IMG/VR virus record: IMGVR_UViG_3300046812_000144
Length of the DNA: 64,000 bases
Direction: 5' to 3' (one strand)
From: an uncultured virus (IMG/VR IMGVR_UViG_3300046812_000144)
Taxonomy: Duplodnaviria; Heunggongvirae; Uroviricota; Caudoviricetes
In this document: positions 10,371-19,542 of the stretch, one piece after another
Layout of the letters: every line of letters begins with the position of its first letter
How positions within the stretch are numbered: the first letter of the stretch is position 1
Made by a program: the position numbers and the translations under genes
Notes under the pieces: generated by a model
The model's database searches: none
Told to the model about the DNA's origin: nothing
What the model saw: only the letters and a program-made list of their open reading frames with translations

Positions 10371-10958
10371 ATGAAGAAGAAGCAGCCGAGCAAGAAGGGC
10401 AAGGCGATGACGGCGCTGGCGAAGGCCAAGCTCGACCTCGCCGAGAGCGACAATCTCCGCGACCGCATGTCGGAGATCCTGCGGGCCACGGCCAACGCGC
10501 TCCACAATGGCCCGCTGGAGAACGGCTACTGGTCGTGGCACGATCTGCCGGAACTGGCGGACGGCCTCCAGTCGAAGCTCACCGCGCAGTTGCTGGAGAT
10601 CAGCAGCCTCAAGAACACGAACCAGCAGTTACTCACCTACATCAAGACGAACCCCGACCCAGTCGTCGCCAAGCGTGGCACGGCATACGCCGACCACGTC
10701 GAGTTCTGCGCGCAGGCCGGCATGATGCCGATGACGCCTGCGGAGTTCGCCAAGGAAGACAAGCGGCTCGTGGTCGACTGGAACCGCCGCCGGCATGGCG
10801 TCGACCCCGGTCACACGTACCCGAAGCTCGGCCATCAGGCCGCGCAGTACGACGACGGCGATGGCACGTTCGGGCCCTGCATCCGCATCCTGAAGAAGCC
10901 CTCGCTCTGGGCGCGGTTCAATCACTGGCTGAAGCAGCCGGTGTGGGGGAAGTATTGA
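10371..10958 (+). CDS. Hypothetical coiled-coil protein
   Basis: RBS AAGGAG; ATG at 10371. Confidence 0.65.
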   Translation: MKKKQPSKKGKAMTALAKAKLDLAESDNLRDRMSEILRATANALHNGPLENGYWSWHDLPELADGLQSKLTAQLLEISSLKNTNQQLLTYIKTNPDPVVAKRGTAYADHVEFCAQAGMMPMTPAEFAKEDKRLVVDWNRRRHGVDPGHTYPKLGHQAAQYDDGDGTFGPCIRILKKPSLWARFNHWLKQPVWGKY

Positions 10959-11209
10959 TGAACTATCCCACCGTCCTCAGCCCGTGGTTCGTGGTGCAGA
11001 AGCTGAGGGCCGCGCACGACACGCAGCCCGAGGACGTGCAGAACGTGTACTTCTGCTCGCAGGAAGTCTCGCCTGACGAATGGACGACTGACAAGAAGAA
11101 GGCGATGCTCATGATGTCCATCCACTCGGCGGCACAGATCTCGAAGGCAACAGGCGGTGAGATCCGGGCCCTCGTCACCCAAGAAGACTCAGCGGAGTTC
11201 GGTCGATGA
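10958..11209 (+). CDS. Hypothetical protein
   Basis: TGATG coupling to the upstream gene. Confidence 0.6.
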   Translation: MNYPTVLSPWFVVQKLRAAHDTQPEDVQNVYFCSQEVSPDEWTTDKKKAMLMMSIHSAAQISKATGGEIRALVTQEDSAEFGR

Positions 11210-11484
11210 TCCAGCCACTCGGTAACAGGGTTCTCATCTCGCGCATGCCGGAGCCGAAGCCGGTCACGTCGCTCATCATCCAGCCCGACTCGGTGCTCGA
11301 CAAGCCGTCGCAGTTCGGCATCGTGCTCGCCATCGGGACGAAGGTGCGCGAGTCGCTCGCGGTCGGCGACACGGTCGTCTTGCGCGACTTCAGCGGTGCG
11401 CCCGTTTCGGCCGACATGGCCGAGGGCATCGACAACGCCTTCATGATCGTCGAAGACGACATCCTCGGAGTCCTCAATGCGTAA
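11206..11484 (+). CDS. groES: Co-chaperonin GroES (Cpn10)
   Basis: MIQPLGNRVLI...IIQPD...GIVLAIG...VGDTVVL...IVEDDILGVL. Confidence 0.9.
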   Translation: MIQPLGNRVLISRMPEPKPVTSLIIQPDSVLDKPSQFGIVLAIGTKVRESLAVGDTVVLRDFSGAPVSADMAEGIDNAFMIVEDDILGVLNA

Positions 11485-11686
11485 CTCTACGGAGAACCTC
11501 ATCGTCGGCGCGCTCGCGCTCATCGGTGGCCTCGTCATCATCGGCTCGCTGATGTCCGCCAGCGGCCTCGGCATCTGGCTGCTCTGGAACACGATCGCCG
11601 CCGGCATGTTCCATCTGCCTCACCTCTCGTTCCTGAAGGCGGTTGCGATCGGCGTCGCCCTCGTGATCGTCTTCCCCCGCAAGTGA
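11477..11686 (+). CDS. Small membrane protein
   Basis: Two hydrophobic segments. Confidence 0.6.
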   Translation: MRNSTENLIVGALALIGGLVIIGSLMSASGLGIWLLWNTIAAGMFHLPHLSFLKAVAIGVALVIVFPRK

Positions 11687-12300
11687 GCCTGCCCACCTTC
11701 GCAGCGATCGTGACGGGGCACAAGCAGATGCCCTTCGCGATCATGAAGAACCTTGCCACGCAGACGGTACAGCCGAGGCAGGTGCTGGTCGGCGTGTCCG
11801 AGTGTCCGCTGCCGTGGGTGGTTCCCTCGCTGCCATTCCCCTTCAGCATCCTCTCGTTCCCCACGGTCCACGACTTCGGCTACAGCAAGCGCAACACGCT
11901 CGCGATGCTCGCCTCGACCGACTACCTCGGCTTCTTCTGCCAAGACGACAGCTACGATGGCGACTACATCGAGCAGATGTTGAAGGCGGTCGACAACACG
12001 AGGGCGGTCGCGGCCTACTGCCAGTGGGACGATGGCCTCGTGGAACACGGTGTCGGACTGACGTGCTCCTTTCACACTGACTCGTCATCGCTTGGCAACT
12101 TCATCGTCCGCCGGGACATCTTCGAGCAGCTTGGTGGATTCCCGAAGACACCACGCGGCGAGGGACTCCGTGATGGGGCGCTGATCGAAGCCATCCGCGA
12201 GGTGGCCGACTCGGTGGCCCGAGTCAACATCACGATGTACCACCACAACAAGCCGTACGAGTCCGGCGTCAGGGTGACCGCATGGGGCAAGGAGGTCTGA
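11683..12300 (+). CDS. GT-A fold (GT2-like) glycosyltransferase
   Basis: LATQT, GYSKRN, DYLGFFCQDD, IVRRDIFEQLGGF and D-GALI. Confidence 0.7.
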   Translation: MSLPTFAAIVTGHKQMPFAIMKNLATQTVQPRQVLVGVSECPLPWVVPSLPFPFSILSFPTVHDFGYSKRNTLAMLASTDYLGFFCQDDSYDGDYIEQMLKAVDNTRAVAAYCQWDDGLVEHGVGLTCSFHTDSSSLGNFIVRRDIFEQLGGFPKTPRGEGLRDGALIEAIREVADSVARVNITMYHHNKPYESGVRVTAWGKEV

Positions 12301-12563
12301 TGACGCCATTCCAACAGCAGCTAACGGCGATCGGCTCGGCACTTCTGCACATCGAGAAGCTGCCGCTCGACACGCCTTGGTCACTCGTCTGTACCAACGA
12401 GGACGACGTATCGTCGCCGACCGCGTTGACAATCTTCGTACCACATACTATGTGGGAAGGATTAGCGGCCCGTTTCAAGCTCCGCAGTAAGCCCACCGAG
12501 AACACACGTCGCGCCCTCGCTTACCAGCAGGGCTCGCTCTACATCACATTTACCGAGGAGTAA
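12300..12563 (+). CDS. Hypothetical protein
   Basis: TGATG coupling and GGAGG RBS. Confidence 0.55.
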   Translation: MTPFQQQLTAIGSALLHIEKLPLDTPWSLVCTNEDDVSSPTALTIFVPHTMWEGLAARFKLRSKPTENTRRALAYQQGSLYITFTEE

Positions 12564-12565
12564 AA

Positions 12566-13267
12566 GTGGACGAGCAGCAAGTCGATCAGCCGGCAGTACC
12601 CGAAGTCGAGGTTCCCGCGTTCCTTCGTGATGTCGACCCGGCCAAGCGCGCCGAGGTGCTCGCGAAGCTGGCGGCGGCCCGCGCCCTCGGAGCCCAGAAC
12701 GCGGCGGCCGAAGCTGAGCAGCCGGCCGAGGAGCCTGCCGCTCCGCAGGCGCAGGTCCTGTTGGGCAAGGATGTCGACTGGACCGCCTACCGGCTCCAGT
12801 ACAGCGTGAAGCATCTGTACCCCGAGTCCCGCTACCAAGACACGCCGCAGGGTCCGCACTGGGTCGCGATGGTGGATGAGTTCTTCTCGACCGAGCGTGA
12901 CTTCCGCAGCCACGGCAAGCTCGTGAAGAATCTGCGTGGTGAGGAGACCGACCAGTTGAACCTCGGCATGTTCCTCAACGACATGCTGAACGGCCCCGAG
13001 GGCTGGAAGCTGATCTCGGTGCTCCCCTCGTCGAGCGGGCGCGCCGGCATCCTGATGCAGCGTCAGGTCCCGGTGCTCCTGCCGCACCCCGAGAAGATCG
13101 AGACCGAGACGACCGTCGAGGCTCCGAAGGACGAGGAACTGGCAGCGACGCAGGCGGCAGCGGATGCCTTCGCAGCAGAGGTTGGTGGCGCGGACGTCGT
13201 CGTCGAAGAGACCGAAGACGTGCGCGACGACGCGGAGAACCCGCAGGCAGAAGGAGACCAGCAGTGA
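12566..13267 (+). CDS. Hypothetical acidic protein
   Basis: GAGGAG RBS; long ORF. Confidence 0.7.
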   Translation: MDEQQVDQPAVPEVEVPAFLRDVDPAKRAEVLAKLAAARALGAQNAAAEAEQPAEEPAAPQAQVLLGKDVDWTAYRLQYSVKHLYPESRYQDTPQGPHWVAMVDEFFSTERDFRSHGKLVKNLRGEETDQLNLGMFLNDMLNGPEGWKLISVLPSSSGRAGILMQRQVPVLLPHPEKIETETTVEAPKDEELAATQAAADAFAAEVGGADVVVEETEDVRDDAENPQAEGDQQ

Positions 13268-14238
13268 ACAGCTTTTCAGCGTACCCCAAGGTGTGGAACC
13301 TCGGTCATCCCTCGGTGGCCGACATCCTGCTCGACGACGTGATCGTCGAGGAGAAGGTCGATGGTTCGCAGTTCAGCTTCGGCCTCGACGAGAACGGGGT
13401 GCTCAACATCCGCTCGAAAGGCGTCGTGATGAACATCGACGCGCCCGAGGGCATGTTCAACAAGGCCGTCGCGACCGTCAAGGAACTGGCGGCCGAGGGC
13501 CTGCTCCGTGCGGGCTGGACGTACCGCGCCGAGTTCCTCCAGCAGCCGAAGCACAACGCGCTCGCGTACGACCGTGTGCCGAACAAGCACCTGATCCTGT
13601 TCGACATCACGATCGGCACCGAGACGTACCTGTCGCGCACCGGCAAGGAGGACGAGGCTGCCCGCATCGGGCTGGAGATCGTGCCCCTCATCTTCCGGGG
13701 CCGGATCACGGACATCGACTTCTTCAAGTCACTCCTCAAGCAGACTAGCATCCTCGGTGGGCAGCAGATCGAGGGCGTCGTCGTGAAGAACAACGACCGC
13801 TTCGGCAAGGACGGCAAGCCGCTGTTCGGCAAGTTCGTCAGCCCGGAGTTCCGCGAGGTCCACAAGGGCGAGTGGAAGAAGGCCAACCCGCTGTCGCAGG
13901 ACATCATCGACCAGTTGGTCGCGCAGTACCGGACGCCGGCCCGTTGGGCGAAGGCCGTCCAGCACCTGCGTGAGGCCGGCAAGATCCAGAACATGCCGCA
14001 GGACATCGCGCTGCTTCTGCCCGAGGTCGTTCGCGACATCGAAGCCGAGTGCATCGACAAGATCAAGGACACGCTCTTCAAGTGGGCGATGGCGAAGGGC
14101 CTCAAGCGCGGCGTGACGGGTGGCCTGCCCGAGTGGTACAAGGCGTCGTTGCTGGAGCAGCAGTTCGCCCCGGCAGCCGAGCCGCGCAATGCGGCATACA
14201 CCGACGCATACACGGTCCACGTCGACCCCGCAGTCTGA
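13264..14238 (+). CDS. ATP-dependent RNA ligase (Rnl2-like)
   Basis: Motif I EEKVDGSQ, III AEF, IIIa FDI, IV EGVVVK and V GKFVS; no OB domain recognised. Confidence 0.82.
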   Translation: MNSFSAYPKVWNLGHPSVADILLDDVIVEEKVDGSQFSFGLDENGVLNIRSKGVVMNIDAPEGMFNKAVATVKELAAEGLLRAGWTYRAEFLQQPKHNALAYDRVPNKHLILFDITIGTETYLSRTGKEDEAARIGLEIVPLIFRGRITDIDFFKSLLKQTSILGGQQIEGVVVKNNDRFGKDGKPLFGKFVSPEFREVHKGEWKKANPLSQDIIDQLVAQYRTPARWAKAVQHLREAGKIQNMPQDIALLLPEVVRDIEAECIDKIKDTLFKWAMAKGLKRGVTGGLPEWYKASLLEQQFAPAAEPRNAAYTDAYTVHVDPAV

Positions 14239-14354
14239 TGGGCCACTTCTGGTGGTGTGACGACTGCGGCCACTCGTGGGTCCACTACGACGAGCAGCAT
14301 CGGCCGCAGCCGTGTCCGAAGTGCAAGAGCACGAACGTGCAGGAAGGCATGTGA
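14238..14354 (+). CDS. Small zinc-ribbon protein
   Basis: MGHFWWCDDCGHSW...PCPKCKS; TGATG coupling on both sides. Confidence 0.65.
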   Translation: MGHFWWCDDCGHSWVHYDEQHRPQPCPKCKSTNVQEGM

Positions 14355-15271
14355 TGTATCGCGTCAACGTGTCGGCAGTCAAGCAGTTCATGCAGTGCCG
14401 CTTCCGCTGGTGGGCCCAGTACGTCATGAACCGGGTGCCACTGGTGACGCCGGCCGCGCTCGATGGGGGCAAGATCCTCCATCGGGCGTTCGAGCGGTTC
14501 GAGAAGGGGACGGCCTCTCTGGCCGACTCGCTGGCGGCGGAGTGCGCGGAGTTTCGGGCGAAGATCCCGGCCGAGCATCCGTCCTGCGAGTCTACGCTGG
14601 TCAAGGCCGTCACCACATTCGAGGACCTGATCGAGGCGATGCCTCTGCACTCGAACAGGTTCGAGATCCAGAAGGTGCTCGAAGTCGAGAAGGCACACGA
14701 GTGGGTCGACCCGGAACTCGATGCTGTAACGTGGCTGCTCCGGCCCGACAAGGTTGTCGTGGTCGAGAACCGGCTCTGGCACATGCAGCGCCGAGGGCTG
14801 GCCGCACAGAAGAACTTCGCGACCTACGTGCGGCTCCAGAACCGGAGCTACCACGAGCACCTATATGCTGAGGTGCTGCACCGCGAGTACCCGCGTCACC
14901 GGTATGGTGGCACGATCTTCGATCTCGTCCGCAAGCTGAAGTTCCGCACGAACGTCGGCAAGAAGAACGAGCAGACGAAGACGGCCGAGGAGATGTTCTA
15001 CCAGCAGCCCATGGGCGTGAACCTGCGCGGAGGGCTGCACGCCTCGGTGATGATGTCGCTCCGGCAGCACGTCGTAGAGATGAAGGAGTGCATCTCGTAC
15101 TGGGAGAACGATGGACTAATCCCGGCCCCGAACGAGGACCAGAACGGCGGCTACTCGGGCAGCAGCGAGGACCCGTACTTCAAGGTGCTCATGGGCGAGA
15201 CGTCGCTCGACGACGACACCCTCTTCAAGGATCGGCAGGACCAGTATGCTGAAGCGTCCGAGAGAGATTGA
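14354..15271 (+). CDS. PD-(D/E)XK-like nuclease (RecB/Cas4-like), possibly degenerate
   Basis: SAVKQFMQCRFRW, GKILHRAFE, VEK and RPD; the usual D/ExK is replaced by MQRR. Confidence 0.6.
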   Translation: MYRVNVSAVKQFMQCRFRWWAQYVMNRVPLVTPAALDGGKILHRAFERFEKGTASLADSLAAECAEFRAKIPAEHPSCESTLVKAVTTFEDLIEAMPLHSNRFEIQKVLEVEKAHEWVDPELDAVTWLLRPDKVVVVENRLWHMQRRGLAAQKNFATYVRLQNRSYHEHLYAEVLHREYPRHRYGGTIFDLVRKLKFRTNVGKKNEQTKTAEEMFYQQPMGVNLRGGLHASVMMSLRQHVVEMKECISYWENDGLIPAPNEDQNGGYSGSSEDPYFKVLMGETSLDDDTLFKDRQDQYAEASERD

Positions 15272-16256
15272 TGAACTGTGGCGCGTACTGCCTCATCCTT
15301 CTACGGACTCAGTGGTACGTGTGTTCGCTCGCGGTGGCGATCATCGCGATGGCGACTTCGCTCGTAGTGCGGCAGAGATCCGCCGCTTCGCGAAGGCGAA
15401 GTCGGGCTGCAATGTATACGTTGCTCCGAACCCCACAGAGGCCACCGGAGGCTCCCGCCACAAGGCCTCGGACGTAACGCACTGGAGCTATCTGCTCATT
15501 GACATGGACCCAGTCAAGGAGCCCAATGATCCACGCGCTGCCATGGATGATGCGCTACTCTGGCTTGGCGAATGGTGTGGGCGCGACTTCCGCGATGGCA
15601 AGTCCGGCCGCCCGATCATCATCGACAGTGGGAGAGGCGTGCAGGCGTGGATCAGGTTGGGAGACGTCGTCCTCGATGCTACGGCCGAGCAGGGCCGCAT
15701 CTGGACGAAGGTCGAGGCCGACTGGGAATGGCGGGTGATCCACCCGGCCACGGCCCGCCGCGTCAACGGGCACTGGCTCCAGAAGCTGGACAAGTTCCTC
15801 GGTGAGCGGTACGGCTGCAAGATCGACACGAGCGTCTCGGACCTCCCTCGCGTCATGCGGTGTCCGGGTACGCGCAACCTGAAGACGAAGCGGCTCGCGC
15901 GGTTCATCCATGCGACCGATCACATCTTCGAGGGTCTGGCCGAACTGCTCGTCACGGGCACGCCGACCAAGTCCCTGTTCGACCCGCCGGCCCCCGAGGG
16001 AGTGGCCGCCGGCCAGCCATGGACAGACGTCTTCGCGCACCTGACGAAGGCGGCACAGGACTACCTGACGCTTGGGCAGGCCGAGCCGGGCCGCCACAAG
16101 GCGATGTGGCACACGGCCATGAAGTTGAAGGAACTGGGTGTCACGCGGGCCGAGGCCCGGAAGGCGCTCCGTTGGGGCAACCGACTGCGAGGGAAGGAGG
16201 AGAAGCTCCCGGCTGACCAGATCGAACACGCCCTCGACACCGCCTATCAGAAGTGA
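15246..16256 (+). CDS. RepB'-like (AEP superfamily) DNA primase with helical C-terminal domain
   Basis: VYVAPN, LIDMD, IIDSGRGVQAW, DLPRVMRCPGTRN and PGRH. Confidence 0.8.
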   Translation: MLKRPREIDELWRVLPHPSTDSVVRVFARGGDHRDGDFARSAAEIRRFAKAKSGCNVYVAPNPTEATGGSRHKASDVTHWSYLLIDMDPVKEPNDPRAAMDDALLWLGEWCGRDFRDGKSGRPIIIDSGRGVQAWIRLGDVVLDATAEQGRIWTKVEADWEWRVIHPATARRVNGHWLQKLDKFLGERYGCKIDTSVSDLPRVMRCPGTRNLKTKRLARFIHATDHIFEGLAELLVTGTPTKSLFDPPAPEGVAAGQPWTDVFAHLTKAAQDYLTLGQAEPGRHKAMWHTAMKLKELGVTRAEARKALRWGNRLRGKEEKLPADQIEHALDTAYQK

Positions 16257-16275
16257 TACAATAGAGTTACCCACC
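16234..16275 (+). promoter_or_regulatory. Sigma70-like promoter with conserved phage motif, copy 2
   Basis: TCGACA-17 bp-TACAAT with extended TG, then AGAGTTACCCACC; GGAGG RBS downstream. Confidence 0.75.
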
Positions 16276-16292
16276 AACCACCCGGAGGAAGC

Positions 16293-16487
16293 ATGAACAC
16301 GACCACCAGTACCGAGCCCCGCTACACCGTCGAGCAGTATGGCACCCAGACGTTCGTCATCATCGACGCCACGACCAAGCTGACCGTGCGGTCGCGCTTC
16401 GGCCTGACGCGCTACTTCACGTCGCACGCCTCGGCCCGCAAGGCCATCACGCGCCTGAACCGTCCCGTCGGCGACCGTCACCGGTAA
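16293..16487 (+). CDS. Small basic hypothetical protein
   Basis: Has its own promoter and RBS; TAATG coupling to the next gene. Confidence 0.7.
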   Translation: MNTTTSTEPRYTVEQYGTQTFVIIDATTKLTVRSRFGLTRYFTSHASARKAITRLNRPVGDRHR

Positions 16488-17398
16488 TGGCGAAGCCACA
16501 GCGGAACATCCTGACCTTCCACCGGGGTCGGGATCTGACCAAGCGCGCGAAAGAGCGCATCCTGATCTACGGCCGTGCGGGCTCGGGCAAGTCCCGGTTC
16601 GCCCTGTCGTACCCCGAGTCGTGGGGCAGGTGCGCGTACTACGCGGCCGACAAGAACTCGTGGCTCCTCCCGTCGATCTCGCCGAAGAAGCGCGAGCGCG
16701 TCGAGGTGGTGAACCCCGAGGGACCGGACCCCGAGGCCCTGTTCCAGCAGTTCTGCATGATGGATCTGGACGCTCAGTTCGGTGAGATCGGCGTGATCGT
16801 GGTGGACACGTACACGAAGATCGCGATGGATTCGCTGTCGCACATCTCCAACACGTTGCAGGTCACGCGCGAGCCGCACGCCATCATCGGCGACCTCGAT
16901 GCGGGTGGTGTTGCCATCCCGACCCGCAGCGACTTCCAAGGAGTGGACGCACTGTCGAAGCAGTACCTCGACGACCTGTTCGACCTGCACGCGGACAAGC
17001 ACATCATCTTCATCATGCACGAAGAGAGCAAGATGATCGGTGGTGCAAACGGTACACTCGTCGGCGGCCCGCAGCATCCGGGCTGGACGATGATCGACTA
17101 CCTACCGTCGCAGTTCAGCACGGTCATCCGGCTCGTCAGGGACGAGGTCCTCATCCCCGGCGCTGCCGACATCTCGCCGGTCGTCGTTGCCATCACCGAG
17201 TACGACGGGAAGTTCCCGGCGAAGCTCCGCACCTGCGACGAGGAGGCTGCCAATCCGATCGCCCGTGTGACGCTCGACAGGAACCCGTCAGGCTGGTGGG
17301 TCAACTACGAGGCGTACATGCAGGGCCTGCTCACTGGTGAGCCGGTCGTCGCCAAGAAGAAGAAGAAGAAGCTCCTCACACCCTCCAACGGAGAGTAA
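16487..17398 (+). CDS. Sak4-like (AAA_24) ATPase, probable single-strand annealing protein
   Basis: ILIYGRAGSGKS, IVVDTYT and IIFIMHE; lies near a nuclease and an acidic-tailed SSB-like gene. Confidence 0.75.
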   Translation: MAKPQRNILTFHRGRDLTKRAKERILIYGRAGSGKSRFALSYPESWGRCAYYAADKNSWLLPSISPKKRERVEVVNPEGPDPEALFQQFCMMDLDAQFGEIGVIVVDTYTKIAMDSLSHISNTLQVTREPHAIIGDLDAGGVAIPTRSDFQGVDALSKQYLDDLFDLHADKHIIFIMHEESKMIGGANGTLVGGPQHPGWTMIDYLPSQFSTVIRLVRDEVLIPGAADISPVVVAITEYDGKFPAKLRTCDEEAANPIARVTLDRNPSGWWVNYEAYMQGLLTGEPVVAKKKKKKLLTPSNGE

Positions 17399-17404
17399 CT
17401 CAAC

Positions 17405-18163
17405 ATGGCAAAGACGCAGCAGCAGGCAGCCCCGGTCGTTCCGAACTTCCGTGACATCGACAAGGAAGCCGCGACGCGCGCCTCGGCGGCCATCGCTGGT
17501 GGCAATCAGGCCCTGAAGGTGCCGAAGACCGCGAAGGTCTCGGTCGACAAGAAGGGCGTCAAGCGCAGCCGCTGGACCGAGCAGGCCACGGTCGTCGAGG
17601 CGTATCGCTCGGTGACGAAGAAGGGCCTCCTCGACGTGACGGTCATCCTCAAGGTCCGCCAGTCGGACAATGCGGGCGGGCGGGTGTTCGCTCACTTCTA
17701 CAAGAACATGCAGGCGAACGTGCCCGAGAACCACGTCAACATGAACGAGCGCAGCGACGGCGCGATCATCTCGCTCCTGACGGTGACGGGCTTCCTGCCG
17801 GCCGGTGGCGAACTGCGTGGCTCGCTGCTCGACAAGATGTTCCCGCCGAAGGGTCAGCCGGGTGCGGTCAGCCCGCTGAACAACAAGGTGGTCGTGGCGA
17901 ACGTCGTCCAGACCATGGAGGTCGTGAAGAATCAGAAGACGGGCAAGCCCGAACTCGACGACGAGGGTGACGAGATCCTTGAACCGCGTGACTCCGCCGA
18001 GTCCTTCCTGCCCTCGGCTGTGACGGCCGTGGCTGCGGACGAGGACGAGGACGAAGACGAAGACGCCGAAGAGGGCGACGAGGACGAGGACGAGGCCGAG
18101 GAGGAAGAGGAGGAGGAAGAGGCTCCTGCTCCGCCCCCGGTCAAGACCCGGAAGAAGAAGTAA
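17405..18163 (+). CDS. Putative single-stranded DNA-binding protein
   Basis: Follows the Sak4-like gene; beta-rich core and a long D/E tract near the C-terminus. Confidence 0.5.
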   Translation: MAKTQQQAAPVVPNFRDIDKEAATRASAAIAGGNQALKVPKTAKVSVDKKGVKRSRWTEQATVVEAYRSVTKKGLLDVTVILKVRQSDNAGGRVFAHFYKNMQANVPENHVNMNERSDGAIISLLTVTGFLPAGGELRGSLLDKMFPPKGQPGAVSPLNNKVVVANVVQTMEVVKNQKTGKPELDDEGDEILEPRDSAESFLPSAVTAVAADEDEDEDEDAEEGDEDEDEAEEEEEEEEAPAPPPVKTRKKK

Positions 18164-18861
18164 TGGTCGACTACCCGGAGAACGACTTCACCCGGATGAT
18201 CGAGATGACCAATCAGGAGAACCGCAGCGGCGTGCGTCGGAACATCGGGGTGGCTTCGGCCACTCCGATGCCGACCGTGCAGTCTGCGGCTGTTGGTCGT
18301 CCGGTCGAGGACGAGGCCCCGCTGACAGCGGAAGAGCGTGCGGAACTGGACAAGGCAGCCATCGCCGCTGGCGTACGCGATCCGCGACTGGGCAACCAGA
18401 ACACGGATGGTACGTTCATCGACGAGCCGAAGCCGGCCTACGCAACTCTCGAAGAGGCCATAGCTGCCGGTGCTCCTGTCGAGCGTCCGGTGCCTGCGGC
18501 CGACCCGGTACTGTTCCCGACCGGGCGCGAGACCGCCCGCGAGTTCATCGCCCGCAAGGAGAACGCTGCTGGTCGCAAGACTCTCGGTGTTCCCTCGTTC
18601 GCTCCGCGCATCCCCGACTTCACAAAGATCGAGGGGATCGACCTCGTCAATGACCGTGTCGTGGTGGACGGGCTCGACTTCCCGATCACCGTCGAGCAGT
18701 CGAACGAGTTCAAGGAGTTCGTGATGGGTGTCGTGCGCGACGCGATCCTCGCGAAGCTCGAAGAAGCGGCTACGTCCTTCGCCGCACGCCTGACCAAGGC
18801 GGAGGGAACTGATGGGGCGGCGGGAACTTCGAGCGAGGGCACGACGGTACAACAGCAGTAA
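18163..18861 (+). CDS. Hypothetical protein
   Basis: TAATG coupling. Confidence 0.65.
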   Translation: MVDYPENDFTRMIEMTNQENRSGVRRNIGVASATPMPTVQSAAVGRPVEDEAPLTAEERAELDKAAIAAGVRDPRLGNQNTDGTFIDEPKPAYATLEEAIAAGAPVERPVPAADPVLFPTGRETAREFIARKENAAGRKTLGVPSFAPRIPDFTKIEGIDLVNDRVVVDGLDFPITVEQSNEFKEFVMGVVRDAILAKLEEAATSFAARLTKAEGTDGAAGTSSEGTTVQQQ

Positions 18862-19387
18862 GGCTGGCGTAGCGCGCAATCTTCGGTGTGAGCACGGCAT
18901 CGACCGGCCCACATCGGAGTACTGGGTGGACAGGATGTTCCACCCCGGTTCGCGCTGTGCCATCTGCGGGCTTCCAACGTATCTGTTGGAGGTCTACAGA
19001 GAGCAGGGCTGGCCGTGGTTCCTCGGGCGCAGGCACGGCGCGGGGAGCCATCCTCGGCTGACCCTCGACCATGTAGTGCCCGGCAACAACGATGGCGGCT
19101 TCCGGCTTCTGTGCCACGCCTGCAACAGCGAGCGTGGGGCGAGTCGGCTGTCCGATGAAGAGGTCCTCAACAGCGTACGCGGTAAGTGGCAGTGGTTCGT
19201 TGGACTCCGCTTTCTCTGGTGGATTCACGCCAGTCCCGGTGTCGGTGGCCGTCTGCACAGGAGTGAGACATGTGCGAAACGCGATGCTCAGTTTGCAGCC
19301 GGAGCTACACCCGAACTGCCCACAACCGCGAGTACGAAGAGTTTGGAATCTGCTTCCCCATCGACGTCTGCGAACTCTGCGGCGTGA
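18812..19387 (+). CDS. HNH endonuclease
   Basis: CAIC...LTLDHVVP...LLCHACNSERG. Confidence 0.85.
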   Translation: MGRRELRARARRYNSSKAGVARNLRCEHGIDRPTSEYWVDRMFHPGSRCAICGLPTYLLEVYREQGWPWFLGRRHGAGSHPRLTLDHVVPGNNDGGFRLLCHACNSERGASRLSDEEVLNSVRGKWQWFVGLRFLWWIHASPGVGGRLHRSETCAKRDAQFAAGATPELPTTASTKSLESASPSTSANSAA

Positions 19388-19542
19388 CGCTACAGCGTGC
19401 GCTCGCAGGGTTCGTAGACCTGTTGCGTCAGTCCCACGGTGAGAGACGCGAGAGAGTGCTGGACCGGCTCGCGGGCAAGCTCTCCGAGCAGGGCTTCGAC
19501 ATCACCACGTTCCCTCGGAGGGCGAATGAAGGCAGAAGGTAG
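19270..19542 (+). CDS. Small Cys-rich (zinc-finger) protein
   Basis: CSVC...CELC; overlaps the 3' end of the HNH gene. Confidence 0.5.
   Translation: MCETRCSVCSRSYTRTAHNREYEEFGICFPIDVCELCGVTLQRALAGFVDLLRQSHGERRERVLDRLAGKLSEQGFDITTFPRRANEGRR

Noticed and set aside
14354..15271. Cas4 or a CRISPR system
   Set aside because: No repeat-spacer array or other cas genes were seen, and the C-terminal Cys cluster is absent. The context is a phage recombination module.
18037..18122. GAG/GAC tandem repeat
   Set aside because: It simply encodes the acidic tract of the SSB-like protein.
18812..19387. Group I intron or intein associated with the HNH gene
   Set aside because: The flanking ORFs look intact and overlap the HNH gene directly, leaving no room for an intron core. 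I saw no intein motifs in PolA or TerL.
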